Positions 19,478 through 28,438 of a DNA stretch of 64,000 bases are shown here, in pieces; position 1 is the stretch's first letter; each line of letters starts with the position of its first letter. Origin of the DNA: Pseudomonadota bacterium. Its GTDB lineage: Bacteria; Pseudomonadota; Alphaproteobacteria; Rhodobacterales; Rhodobacteraceae. The stretch lies in contig JBCCPS010000006.1 in assembly GCA_039024775.1 (NCBI GenBank), positions 3,432 through 67,431 on the forward strand, in the 5' to 3' direction. The notes below the pieces were generated by a model. The model was not told where the DNA came from. It did no database searches and saw only the letters and a program-made list of their open reading frames with translations. The position numbers and the translations under genes were made by a program.

Positions 19478-20641
19478 ATGGCCGAACAGCTCTCTCCCCT
19501 CGCACTGATGGAAAAGCTCATCAGCTTTCCCACCGTCAGCCGTGACAGCAACATCCCCCTGATCGACTGGGTGGCCGACTATCTGGCTTCCCACGGCATC
19601 GAAAGCCATCGCTACATCGACCCCGAACAGCCCAAGCACGCGCTTTTTGCCCATGTGGGCCCCTGGGAGGAAGGCGCGATCGTGCTGTCGGGCCATACGG
19701 ACGTGGTGCCAGTGGATGGCCAGCCCTGGACCTCCGATCCCTTCACGGTCGTGGAGCGGGACGGCAAGTATTTCGGGCGCGGCACCTGCGACATGAAGGG
19801 CTTTGACGCGCTTGCGATCTGGGCACTGGTGGCCGGCCATCACGGTCACATCCAGCGGCCCCTCCAGATCGCGCTCAGCTTTGACGAAGAAGTGGGCTGC
19901 ACCGGCGCGCCGCCCATGATCGAAGCGATGCAGCCTGTTCTGCCCAAAGGCGCCTCTGTGATCGTGGGCGAGCCCTCCATGATGCAGGCGGTGACGGGCC
20001 ACAAGGGCGGCACGGGCTTTGTGACGGAGGTGGTGGGCCACGAGGTGCACAGCTCCATCATGCACAAAGGCGTGAATGCGATCATGGCGGGTGCCAAGCT
20101 GATCGAATGGGCCAATGACGTGAACACCGACAACATGGCGCGCAAGCCCACGGATATGGCCGCCCTTTTTGACCCGCCTTTCACCACCGCCCATGTGGGC
20201 ACGATTGAGGGCGGCACGGCCGAAAACATTACCGCCAAAACCTGCACCTTTGGCATGGGTTTTCGCGTGGTCCCGGGGGAGGACAAGGACGCCTGGACCG
20301 AACGCTATCTCGAAAAGGTGGCGCAGGTGGAGGCCGCGATGCAGGAAGTGGTGCCCGAGACCTACATCAAGGTCACGCCGCGCTTTGACGTGCCTGCGCT
20401 GCAACCCGAAGAGGCCGGCGAGGCGGAGACGTTGGTGCGCCAGATCACCGGCGACAACGCGACCCATCAGGTGAGCTATGGCACCGAAGCCGGGCAGTTC
20501 CAGGAGGCGGGCTATTCGGCCGTGATCTGTGGGCCGGGTGACATCGCCCAAGCGCATCAGCCAGATGAATACGTGAGCGTCGCGCAATTTGACGCAGGCC
20601 ATGACTTCATGCGCAGCCTGGTGGCGCGGTTGCAGGCCTAA
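19478..20641 (+). CDS. argE: acetylornithine deacetylase (M20)
   Basis: LSGHTDVVP, GRGTCDMKGF, DEEVG, GEP, AHQPDE. Confidence 0.88.
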   Translation: MAEQLSPLALMEKLISFPTVSRDSNIPLIDWVADYLASHGIESHRYIDPEQPKHALFAHVGPWEEGAIVLSGHTDVVPVDGQPWTSDPFTVVERDGKYFGRGTCDMKGFDALAIWALVAGHHGHIQRPLQIALSFDEEVGCTGAPPMIEAMQPVLPKGASVIVGEPSMMQAVTGHKGGTGFVTEVVGHEVHSSIMHKGVNAIMAGAKLIEWANDVNTDNMARKPTDMAALFDPPFTTAHVGTIEGGTAENITAKTCTFGMGFRVVPGEDKDAWTERYLEKVAQVEAAMQEVVPETYIKVTPRFDVPALQPEEAGEAETLVRQITGDNATHQVSYGTEAGQFQEAGYSAVICGPGDIAQAHQPDEYVSVAQFDAGHDFMRSLVARLQA

Positions 20642-20694
20642 CGGCGGCGCTGACCTGAAAGCACATGTCGTCCCCGCCAAACCAAGAGGCCCAA

Positions 20695-22041
20695 ATGAAG
20701 CACTTCCCGATCAACGCGCAGACCCCGGTGTCCTTTGCGGGCCCTCTGCCGCGTGAAACGGATGTCGTGGTTATCGGCGGCGGGGTGATCGGCGTGTGCA
20801 CCGCGCTCTTTGTGGCGCGCGCGGGCCACCGCGTGGTGCTTTTGGACAAGGGCCGCATCGCGGGGGAGCAGTCTTCGCGCAACTGGGGTTGGATCCGCCA
20901 ACAGGGCCGTGACCCGGATGAGCTGCCCATCATGCAGGAGGCCGCCGCGCTCTGGCGCGATCTTGCCAAGCAGACCAACGTGGATGTAGGCCTGCGGCAG
21001 GAGGGGGTCACCTATCTGGCGTCGAGCGAGGCGGAGCTAGAAGGCCACGCTCGCTGGATGAAGGCCGTGTCGGGCAGCGGTGTCGACACGCGGCTGATGA
21101 GTGCGGGGGAGGTCGCAGCGGCCTTCCCGGGCTGCGCGCACGCCTATGCAGGGGCGATGGTCACGCCGTCGGATATGCGCGCGGAGCCCTGGGTGGCGGT
21201 GCCGGCCCTCGCAGGCATCGCCGCGCGCGAGGGCGTGACGATCATCGAACGCTGCGCGGTGCGCAAGCTTGACCTCAGCGCGGGGCAGGTGTCGGGAGTC
21301 GTGACGGAAGCGGGCCGCATCCGCGCATCATCCGTGGTGCTGGCGGGCGGGGCCTGGTCATCGCTGTTCTTGCGCAACCACGGCGTTTCCATCCCGCAAT
21401 TATCCGTCCGCGAGAACGTCACCGCCACCGAACCGCTACCGCAAGTCCATGCCGGTGCCGCCGCCGACGGCCGCGTGGCGCTGCGCCGCCGGGTGGACGG
21501 CGGCTATACGCTTGCCCCGCCGGGCGCGACCGAGCTTTTCGTGGGGCCGGATGCTGTGCGCGCGCTGCCCAGATACGCCACGCAGCTCAAACGCAGCCCC
21601 TTTGGCCAGATGCTCTATCCCGCGGCCCCCTGGGGTTTTCCGGATGCCTGGGGCACACCGCGGCGCTGGCGCGCGGACCAGCAGAGCCCGTTCGAGCGCA
21701 TGCGCATCCTCAACCCCGCGCCCAACATGCGTCGGATCAGACGGCTCAAACGCCGGTTCGAGGCGATGTTTCCGGACCTGCCGGAGGTGCGGCTCAAAGC
21801 CGCCTGGGCGGGGATGATCGACGTGATGCCTGACATTGTGCCTGTTGTGGACCACTGCGCGGCGATCCCGGGCCTTGTGATCGGCACCGGCATGTCGGGG
21901 CATGGCTTTGGCATCGGGCCCGGCATGGGAAAGGTGCTGGCCGCTCTGGTCACCGGCGCCAAACCGGGCCATGATCTGTCCCGGTTCAGGTTGGACCGCT
22001 TCACTGATGGGACGCCCATGCGCTTGGGGCCCAACGTGTAG
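20695..22041 (+). CDS. FAD-dependent oxidoreductase (D-amino acid oxidase/DadA family)
   Basis: VVIGGGVIG, EQSSRNWGW, GMSGHGFGIGP. Confidence 0.9.
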   Translation: MKHFPINAQTPVSFAGPLPRETDVVVIGGGVIGVCTALFVARAGHRVVLLDKGRIAGEQSSRNWGWIRQQGRDPDELPIMQEAAALWRDLAKQTNVDVGLRQEGVTYLASSEAELEGHARWMKAVSGSGVDTRLMSAGEVAAAFPGCAHAYAGAMVTPSDMRAEPWVAVPALAGIAAREGVTIIERCAVRKLDLSAGQVSGVVTEAGRIRASSVVLAGGAWSSLFLRNHGVSIPQLSVRENVTATEPLPQVHAGAAADGRVALRRRVDGGYTLAPPGATELFVGPDAVRALPRYATQLKRSPFGQMLYPAAPWGFPDAWGTPRRWRADQQSPFERMRILNPAPNMRRIRRLKRRFEAMFPDLPEVRLKAAWAGMIDVMPDIVPVVDHCAAIPGLVIGTGMSGHGFGIGPGMGKVLAALVTGAKPGHDLSRFRLDRFTDGTPMRLGPNV

Positions 22042-22074
22042 GGGCTTGGAGCAAGGGCAAAGGAATAAACCATC

Positions 22075-23253
22075 ATGCCGATCAGGAACCGATTTGCGGA
22101 GACCCAAGCCGATATCGCCGCATGGCGGCAACACCTGCATACGATCCCAGAGCTTCAGTTCGATCTGCCCAAGACCACTGCGTTTGTCGAAGAGAAGCTG
22201 AAGTCCTTCGGGATCACCGACATCACGACTGGCGTGGGGCAGAGCGGGATCGTGGCCGTCATTGAGGGCCGCAGCATCGCCAGCGGCAAGACGGTGGGCC
22301 TGCGCGCGGACATGGATGCGTTGCCCATCACAGAGGCCACGAAGCTTGAATACGCCTCCACCCATCCCGGCAAGATGCACGCCTGCGGGCATGACGGGCA
22401 TACCGCGATGCTCTTGGGCGCCGCGCAGTACCTGCAGGAGACGCGCAACTTCGACGGCCGTGTGGCGCTGATCTTTCAGCCCGCTGAGGAGGGCGGCGGC
22501 GGCGGCAACGAGATGGTCAAGGACGGCATGATGGAACGCTGGCAGATCTCGGAAGTGTACGGCATGCACAACATGCCCGGCCACCCCGCGGGGGCCTTCG
22601 CGATCCGCGAAGGCGCGCTTCTGGCGGCAGCGGATGAATTCGACATCTGGCTCGAAGGTCAGGGCGGGCACGCCGCCGCACCGCACGAGGCGGTGGATAC
22701 CAATCTGGCTGCCGCGCACGTGGTCGTGGCTTTGCAAAGCATCGCCAGCCGCAACGTGGATCCGGTCAAACAAGTGGTGGTCTCCGTTTGCACCCTGCGC
22801 AGTGACACCGACAGCCACAATGTGCTGCCCCAACGCGTGCGCCTGCGGGGCACCGTGCGCACGCTGGAGGACGGCATTCGCGATCTGGCGGAAGACCGGC
22901 TCAAGCAGATCGTGACCCAAGTGGCGGCAGCCTATCAGTGCAGCGCGGAGATCACCTACGACCGGGGCTATCCCATCACGGTCAACCACGCAGCCAACAC
23001 CCACTATGCCGCTGATGCGGCGGAGGCCGTGACCCCAGGCGTCTGGCGCGACACGCCCCCCATCATGGCGGGGGAGGATTTTTCCTACATGCTCAACGTC
23101 CGCCCCGGCGCCTACATGATGATCGGCAACGGCGATGGGCCGACGGTCCACCACCCCCAGTATAACTTCAACGACGCGGCCATTCCCGCGGGATGTTCCT
23201 GGTTTGCAGAGATTGCCGAAAGCCGCTTGCCCCTCACAGACCATACACCCTAG
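22075..23253 (+). CDS. M20D amidohydrolase (hippurate hydrolase-like), copy 1
   Basis: LRADMDALP, MHACGHDGH, FQPAEE, GEDF. Confidence 0.92.
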   Translation: MPIRNRFAETQADIAAWRQHLHTIPELQFDLPKTTAFVEEKLKSFGITDITTGVGQSGIVAVIEGRSIASGKTVGLRADMDALPITEATKLEYASTHPGKMHACGHDGHTAMLLGAAQYLQETRNFDGRVALIFQPAEEGGGGGNEMVKDGMMERWQISEVYGMHNMPGHPAGAFAIREGALLAAADEFDIWLEGQGGHAAAPHEAVDTNLAAAHVVVALQSIASRNVDPVKQVVVSVCTLRSDTDSHNVLPQRVRLRGTVRTLEDGIRDLAEDRLKQIVTQVAAAYQCSAEITYDRGYPITVNHAANTHYAADAAEAVTPGVWRDTPPIMAGEDFSYMLNVRPGAYMMIGNGDGPTVHHPQYNFNDAAIPAGCSWFAEIAESRLPLTDHTP

Positions 23254-23409
23254 TCTGGTGTTATGGTAGAATACTGTCTGCTCCCAATGCATTGATCTTT
23301 CAATCAAACCCCCTTTCCGCCGGTCCGGCACGGCTTCGTCTCTGAGACGCCCCTGTCGTCGTTTGAACCTTCGCAGCGAACGCGGAACACCGCAAAGAAA
23401 GCACGCTCC

Positions 23410-24573
23410 ATGCCCGTGAAAAACCGCCTCGCCGAATTGCACGATGACATCACCGCCTGGCGCCGGGATTTGCACGCCCATCCTGAGCTTCTTTTCGACA
23501 CGCAGCGCACGTCGGGTATCGTAGCTGAAAAGCTGCGCGGCTTTGGCTGTGACGAGGTGGTGGAGGGCATCGGGCAAACCGGCGTTGTCGGTGTGATCCA
23601 CGGGCGGACGCGCGGCTCGGGCCGGGTCATCGGCCTGCGCGCGGACATGGACGCGCTGCCCATTCATGAACAAACGGGGCTCGACTATGCCTCCAAAACG
23701 CCCGGCGCGATGCACGCCTGCGGGCATGATGGCCATACCGCGATGCTGCTGGGGGCCGCGCAGTATCTGGCGGAGACGCGCAATTTCGACGGCACGGCGG
23801 TGGTGATCTTTCAGCCCGCCGAAGAAGGCGGCGGCGGCGGGCGCGAGATGTGCCGGGACGGGATGATGGAGCGCTGGGGCATTCAGGAAGTCTATGGCAT
23901 GCACAATTGGCCGGGGCGGCCGACAGGTAGTTTCGCGATCCGTGAAGGCGCCTTCTTTGCCGCCACGGACCTTTTGGACATCGAGATCGAGGGGCTGGGC
24001 GGGCACGCCGCCAAACCGCAGGAGACCCGCGATACGCTCGTGGCCGCCGCTCAGATGGTGACAGCCTTGCAGACCATCGCCAGCCGCAACGTGGACCCGG
24101 TGGAGAACGTGGTGGTGTCGATCACCTCGATCGAGAGTTCCTCAAAGGCTTACAATGTGATCCCCCAGCGGGTGCATCTGAAAGGCACCGTGCGGACGCT
24201 CAGCGATGCGGTGCGCGATCTGACGGAGCAGCGGGTGAGTGAGATTTGCGAGGGCATTGCGAAGACCTTTGGCGCGACCGTGAAGGTGGGCTATAAGCGC
24301 AACTATCCGGTGATGGTGAACCACCCGGATCAGACCGCCTTTGCCGCCGATGTCGCGCGCCATGTGGCAGGGGCTTGCGATGACGCGCCACTGGTCATGG
24401 GGGGCGAGGATTTTGCCTTCATGGTGCAGGAACGGCCTGGGGCCTACATCCTCTTGGGCAACGGGGAGGGGGCGATGGTCCATCACCCGGAATACAATTT
24501 CAACGATGAGGCGATCCCGGCGGGCTGTTCCTGGTGGGCCGAGATCGTGGAGCAGCGGATGCCCTTGGGGTAG
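23410..24573 (+). CDS. M20D amidohydrolase (hippurate hydrolase-like), copy 2
   Basis: same motifs; tandem paralogue of 22075..23253. Confidence 0.92.
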   Translation: MPVKNRLAELHDDITAWRRDLHAHPELLFDTQRTSGIVAEKLRGFGCDEVVEGIGQTGVVGVIHGRTRGSGRVIGLRADMDALPIHEQTGLDYASKTPGAMHACGHDGHTAMLLGAAQYLAETRNFDGTAVVIFQPAEEGGGGGREMCRDGMMERWGIQEVYGMHNWPGRPTGSFAIREGAFFAATDLLDIEIEGLGGHAAKPQETRDTLVAAAQMVTALQTIASRNVDPVENVVVSITSIESSSKAYNVIPQRVHLKGTVRTLSDAVRDLTEQRVSEICEGIAKTFGATVKVGYKRNYPVMVNHPDQTAFAADVARHVAGACDDAPLVMGGEDFAFMVQERPGAYILLGNGEGAMVHHPEYNFNDEAIPAGCSWWAEIVEQRMPLG

Positions 24574-24621
24574 TCTGTGCCCTAAAGCTTCCGACCCAAA
24601 ACCTGAGAGATCTATGACGAT

Positions 24622-24734
24622 ACTTCATGCGCCGTCACTTCATGCGCCGTCCCGCGGGGTGGCGCAAATGCACCGGTCGCCATTGCGTCGCCATTGATTC
24701 GAGCCCAATGGCGACGCAATGGCGGGACGGCGCA
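24622..24734. repeat. nested inverted-repeat element (REPIN/MITE-like) with 15-bp tandem duplication
   Basis: ACTTCATGCGCCGTC x2 (24622-24651); outer IR 24643-24652/24725-24734; inner perfect 19-bp IR 24678-24696/24706-24724. Confidence 0.85.
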
Positions 24735-24802
24735 GCCCGACAGTGCCTGTAGGGCAGAAGATTTGAATAACGCTGTATGTCTATGGTTTTCCGTTGGAGC
24801 CT

Positions 24803-25810
24803 TTAGCCACCGGTGTGGCTCATGTGGCGCGACATCTGCCCATCCGCGCGCTGGCGTGAATAGTCGAAGTCATGGCCCCGGGGCTTGCGAGCGATGGCCG
24901 CGCGGATGGCGTCGTGCAGCGCTTCATCGGTGTCCGGATGCGCCCGCAGCGGGGCGCGCAGGTCGGCCACGTCCTCTTGGCCCAGACACATGTAAAGCTC
25001 GCCCGTGCAGGTCAGCCGGACCCGATTGCAGCTTTCACAGAAATTATGCGTGAGCGGCGTGATAAAGCCGATCTTCTGGCCCGTTTCTTCCAACCGAACG
25101 TAACGGGCAGGCCCGCCCGTGCGCTCGATCAGGTCGGTGACGCTATAGGCCTGTTCGTAAGCGGCGCGAACGTCGCGCAGGGACCAGTATTGATCCAGCC
25201 GGTCTTCATTGCCCAGATCCCCCATGGGCATCACTTCGATCCAGGTCAGGTCCATGTCGCGGGCCGCGCAAAATGCGGTGAGCGCGGGCAGTTCAACCTC
25301 GTTAAAGCCTTTGAGCGCCACGGCATTCAGCTTGACCCGCAGCCCGGCGCGCAGGGCGGCATCGATGCCGCGCAGAACCTGGGGCAGCCGCCCCCACCGG
25401 GTGATCGCGGCAAACTTGTCCTCGTCCAGCGTATCGAGGGAGATGTTCACCCGCCGCACGCCAGCGGCATAAAGATCATCGGCAAATTTCTCCAACTGCG
25501 ATCCATTGGTCGTCAGCGTGAGCTCTTGCAATGCACCGCTGTCCAGATGCCGGGACATGCTGTTGAAAAAGGTCATGATGCCTCGCCGGACAAGCGGCTC
25601 CCCGCCGGTGATCCGCAGTTTCTGAACGCCGAGGTCGACAAAGGCGGTGCAAAGCCTGTCAAGTTCCTCCAGCGTCAGTAGCTCCTTTTTGGGCAGAAAG
25701 GTCATGTTTTCCGCCATGCAGTAGACGCAGCGGAAATCGCAGCGGTCGGTGACCGAGACGCGCAGGTAGCTGATCGCGCGCTGGAAAGGATCGATGAGAG
25801 GAGCGCTCAT
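24803..25810 (-). CDS. moaA: GTP 3',8-cyclase (molybdenum cofactor biosynthesis)
   Basis: CDFRCVYC radical SAM motif, [10 protein letters not shown]-terminal MSHTGG; start MSAPLIDP. Confidence 0.96.
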   Translation of the reverse strand: MSAPLIDPFQRAISYLRVSVTDRCDFRCVYCMAENMTFLPKKELLTLEELDRLCTAFVDLGVQKLRITGGEPLVRRGIMTFFNSMSRHLDSGALQELTLTTNGSQLEKFADDLYAAGVRRVNISLDTLDEDKFAAITRWGRLPQVLRGIDAALRAGLRVKLNAVALKGFNEVELPALTAFCAARDMDLTWIEVMPMGDLGNEDRLDQYWSLRDVRAAYEQAYSVTDLIERTGGPARYVRLEETGQKIGFITPLTHNFCESCNRVRLTCTGELYMCLGQEDVADLRAPLRAHPDTDEALHDAIRAAIARKPRGHDFDYSRQRADGQMSRHMSHTGG

Positions 25811-25894
25811 GTGGGGGAAGGTAGAAGCGGCAACTGCGGCTGGCAAGCTGCATTTGGACTTTCCGAGGCGCGCGCGGACGGCTAGGGATACGCT

Positions 25895-26425
25895 ATGAGA
25901 CACATCTGCGTGAGCCTTCTTTGCGGCCTGGTCCTGACGGGATGCGCGGGCGTGACGGAGCGGTTTGGCCTCAGCCTGCCGGGGCGGGCAGCGGATGCCG
26001 CGGCGACAGAGCCTGCCGATCCCTTCGTGACGCCGCTGGAAACGGCGGAGACCGCCACGCTTGCGCCTGAAACCGCAGCACCCCCGCCACCCCCCGCCGC
26101 GCGCACGGCAGAGGCGCTGGACACCACCACGCCTGAGCAGCGCGCAGCGGCCACGGCAGAGCCCGAAGCGGAAGGCCGGGCGCTGGGAACCACGGTCGTG
26201 TCGCTGGGCAGTCCGACGGAACCGGGCCTGTGGCTCAAGACACCGCTGGTCTCCGAGGAACGGCAGGGGCGCGTCACCAATCCCGGTAATGGCAAGTCCT
26301 CGCTGGTGACGCTCATCCCCATCGATGGCCCCGCGACCGCGGGCAGCCGGATGTCGCTGGCGGCCCTGCGGTTGATCGACGCCTCTCTGACCGATCTCAC
26401 CGAAGTTGAAGTGGCCTTGGAATAA
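25895..26425 (+). CDS. putative lipoprotein with Pro/Ala/Thr-rich linker
   Basis: LVLTGC lipobox, low-complexity linker, small C-terminal beta domain. Confidence 0.8.
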   Translation: MRHICVSLLCGLVLTGCAGVTERFGLSLPGRAADAAATEPADPFVTPLETAETATLAPETAAPPPPPAARTAEALDTTTPEQRAAATAEPEAEGRALGTTVVSLGSPTEPGLWLKTPLVSEERQGRVTNPGNGKSSLVTLIPIDGPATAGSRMSLAALRLIDASLTDLTEVEVALE

Positions 26426-26645
26426 GCAACATGCCCAAAGGGCATGTTGACAGCGAGATGAGAGTCTTTGCTTCAGCAAAGGCGCGGTCTCGCCCCGTGT
26501 GTAATTTGAGAACGACAGAGGGGCCTATCTTCTTCTCCCTTCAAGCCCACGCCCCCGCATATGCGGAGAAACTGCAAGACTTCGGGTCTCGCTTGGCGCA
26601 GCGCGAGAGGCTATAGAACAGCGCAAGCTGGATCGGAGGAGCTGC

Positions 26646-27434
26646 ATGTCCGGAGAATTGTCGCCCATTGACCGGGCCAAGTTCGTCGCCGCCAAGCGCG
26701 CGGCGGATTTTGTCGAGGACGGGATGCGCGTGGGCCTGGGTACCGGGTCCACCGCGGCCTGGCTGGTGCGCTGCCTGGGTGAGATGGTGCGCGATGAGGG
26801 GCTCAAGATCACCGGCGTGCCGACCTCCAGCCGCACAGCAGCCCTGGCGCGGGACGTCGGCATTGACGTGATCAGCCTAGATGAGGCCAAATGGCTCGAC
26901 CTTACCATCGACGGCGCGGATGAGTTTGACGGCGATCTCAACCTGATAAAGGGCGGCGGCGGCGCGCTGCTACAGGAAAAGATCGTGGCGACAGCCTCCG
27001 ACCAGATGATCGTGATCGCGGATGCCGCCAAGGAGGTGGAGCGGTTAGGCGCATTCCCCTTGCCGGTGGAGGTGATCCCCTTTGGCTGGCAGACCACGCA
27101 GGCGCTGATTGAGGAAATGCTGATCGGAATGGATGTGATGGGCCGTCAGCTGTCGATGCGGATGAACGGCGCGGTGCCTTATATCACCGATGAGGGCAAC
27201 CACATCCTTGATCTGCATCTGAGCCGGATCGGCAATCCAAGGCAGATGGCAATGGTGCTTAACCAGATGCCGGGCGTGGTGGAGAACGGGCTTTTCATCG
27301 ACGTCTGCGACGTGGTCGTGATCGGATACGGCGACGGCAGGGCAGAGGTGCGCGACATTAATGCTGGCACCGTCTCCACCGATCAGCTTGATTTTGTGGA
27401 AAGCGAGAACCTTTTCGCCGACATTGGCGACTAG
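26646..27434 (+). CDS. rpiA: ribose-5-phosphate isomerase A
   Basis: GLGTGST, DGADE, KGGGGALLQEKIV. Confidence 0.97.
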   Translation: MSGELSPIDRAKFVAAKRAADFVEDGMRVGLGTGSTAAWLVRCLGEMVRDEGLKITGVPTSSRTAALARDVGIDVISLDEAKWLDLTIDGADEFDGDLNLIKGGGGALLQEKIVATASDQMIVIADAAKEVERLGAFPLPVEVIPFGWQTTQALIEEMLIGMDVMGRQLSMRMNGAVPYITDEGNHILDLHLSRIGNPRQMAMVLNQMPGVVENGLFIDVCDVVVIGYGDGRAEVRDINAGTVSTDQLDFVESENLFADIGD

Positions 27435-27449
27435 GTAAGGTCGCCGCGC

Positions 27450-27836
27450 TTACGCGCCCCACCATAGGAGCGCTGCGCAGCCCAGCCAGACGGCCCAGTG
27501 CGGCAGGGTGAGCAGGCTTGCACCTGGGCGTGAGAACCAGAGAATGTGCCCCAGCCACAGCAGGCCCTGCAGCGCGAAATATCCCGCGATGGCGAGGGTG
27601 AGGGGCCGCGCCAGCGCGCCCGGCTCCCCCAGCGCCAGCCAGTAGAGCGCGGCTGTCAGCACGATCAGATCAATCGTCAGCATCTGGAAGGCGCACATTG
27701 TCTGCACCCAGTTTGCCATGGGTTTGCCGCTGGCTGCGCGGGGCTCCAGCGTGGCGGTTTCGCGCGTGCCGATGAAAACGTGGCCTAAGATGGCCACGCT
27801 CATCACAGCGGCGACGATCAGGATGGGGATGTTCAT
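27450..27836 (-). CDS. hypothetical membrane protein (about 4 TM)
   Basis: hydrophobic helices; AGGAG RBS. Confidence 0.75.
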   Translation of the reverse strand: MNIPILIVAAVMSVAILGHVFIGTRETATLEPRAASGKPMANWVQTMCAFQMLTIDLIVLTAALYWLALGEPGALARPLTLAIAGYFALQGLLWLGHILWFSRPGASLLTLPHWAVWLGCAALLWWGA

Positions 27837-27893
27837 GGCGCTGCTCCTGAAAGCGCGTGCGGGCCCGCGATGCGCGGTCGCCCGTGTGAGGGG

Positions 27894-28262
27894 TCAGTAG
27901 CAGTAGGTCGGCCCGTAGAGGTACTTCACGCAAGTCCCCCGGGAATTAAGCGCATTCACATCCTCCACTATCCCCAAAAGCGCTGGATCATTCGCCGCTG
28001 CTGCACGCGCGGCGGCAAAAGCGGCGTCGCGGTCGGTGAGCGCATCCGCGCTTTGCGGCAGCGCGTCTTCCTGCAGGTTTGCCCGCAGCTTGATCGCGGC
28101 CAGGATGATCAGCGCGTCGTTGCGGTCCTGTCCGATGGCCATCAACTGCTCGGAGAGCGCGATTTGTTCAAGCACCGCGGGGTTGGGCACCGTGTCCTCC
28201 TGGGCTGTCGCGGGCAGGGTGAAAACAGCGCAAAGGGCCGCGGCCGAGATCAGTTTTTTCAT
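27894..28262 (-). CDS. hypothetical secreted protein with C-terminal two-Cys peptide
   Basis: Sec signal (MKKLISAAAL...ATA), helical body, ends SRGTCVKYLYGPTYCY; GGAG RBS. Confidence 0.75.
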   Translation of the reverse strand: MKKLISAAALCAVFTLPATAQEDTVPNPAVLEQIALSEQLMAIGQDRNDALIILAAIKLRANLQEDALPQSADALTDRDAAFAAARAAAANDPALLGIVEDVNALNSRGTCVKYLYGPTYCY

Positions 28263-28438
28263 CGTTAAAGCTCCATAACTTTGTTCAATGCCCGCACGCT
28301 ATGTGAATTGGCCCGCGCTTGAAAGTGACGTTTTTCGTTAGGAAAACACCTTGGCGCAAGCTGGGGCCGGAGGGCTTATGGCCATTCCCGGTCCGCGCGC
28401 CTATAGCTGCTGGCACGCTTTCTACAAAGGACCCTGCC

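Noticed and set aside
21436-24006. 856-aa antisense ORF, and similar long shadow ORFs such as 1240..2622, 13406..14896, 41781..43172, 61150..62484
   Set aside because: They lie opposite well-supported genes, have no recognisable motifs, and are expected from high-GC codon bias.
24803-26479. N-terminally extended ORF calls (558-aa MoaA, 660-aa XseA, 483-aa PurD, 933-aa PpdK) suggesting fusions
   Set aside because: The extensions overlap real neighbouring genes, and internal start codons match the family N-termini.
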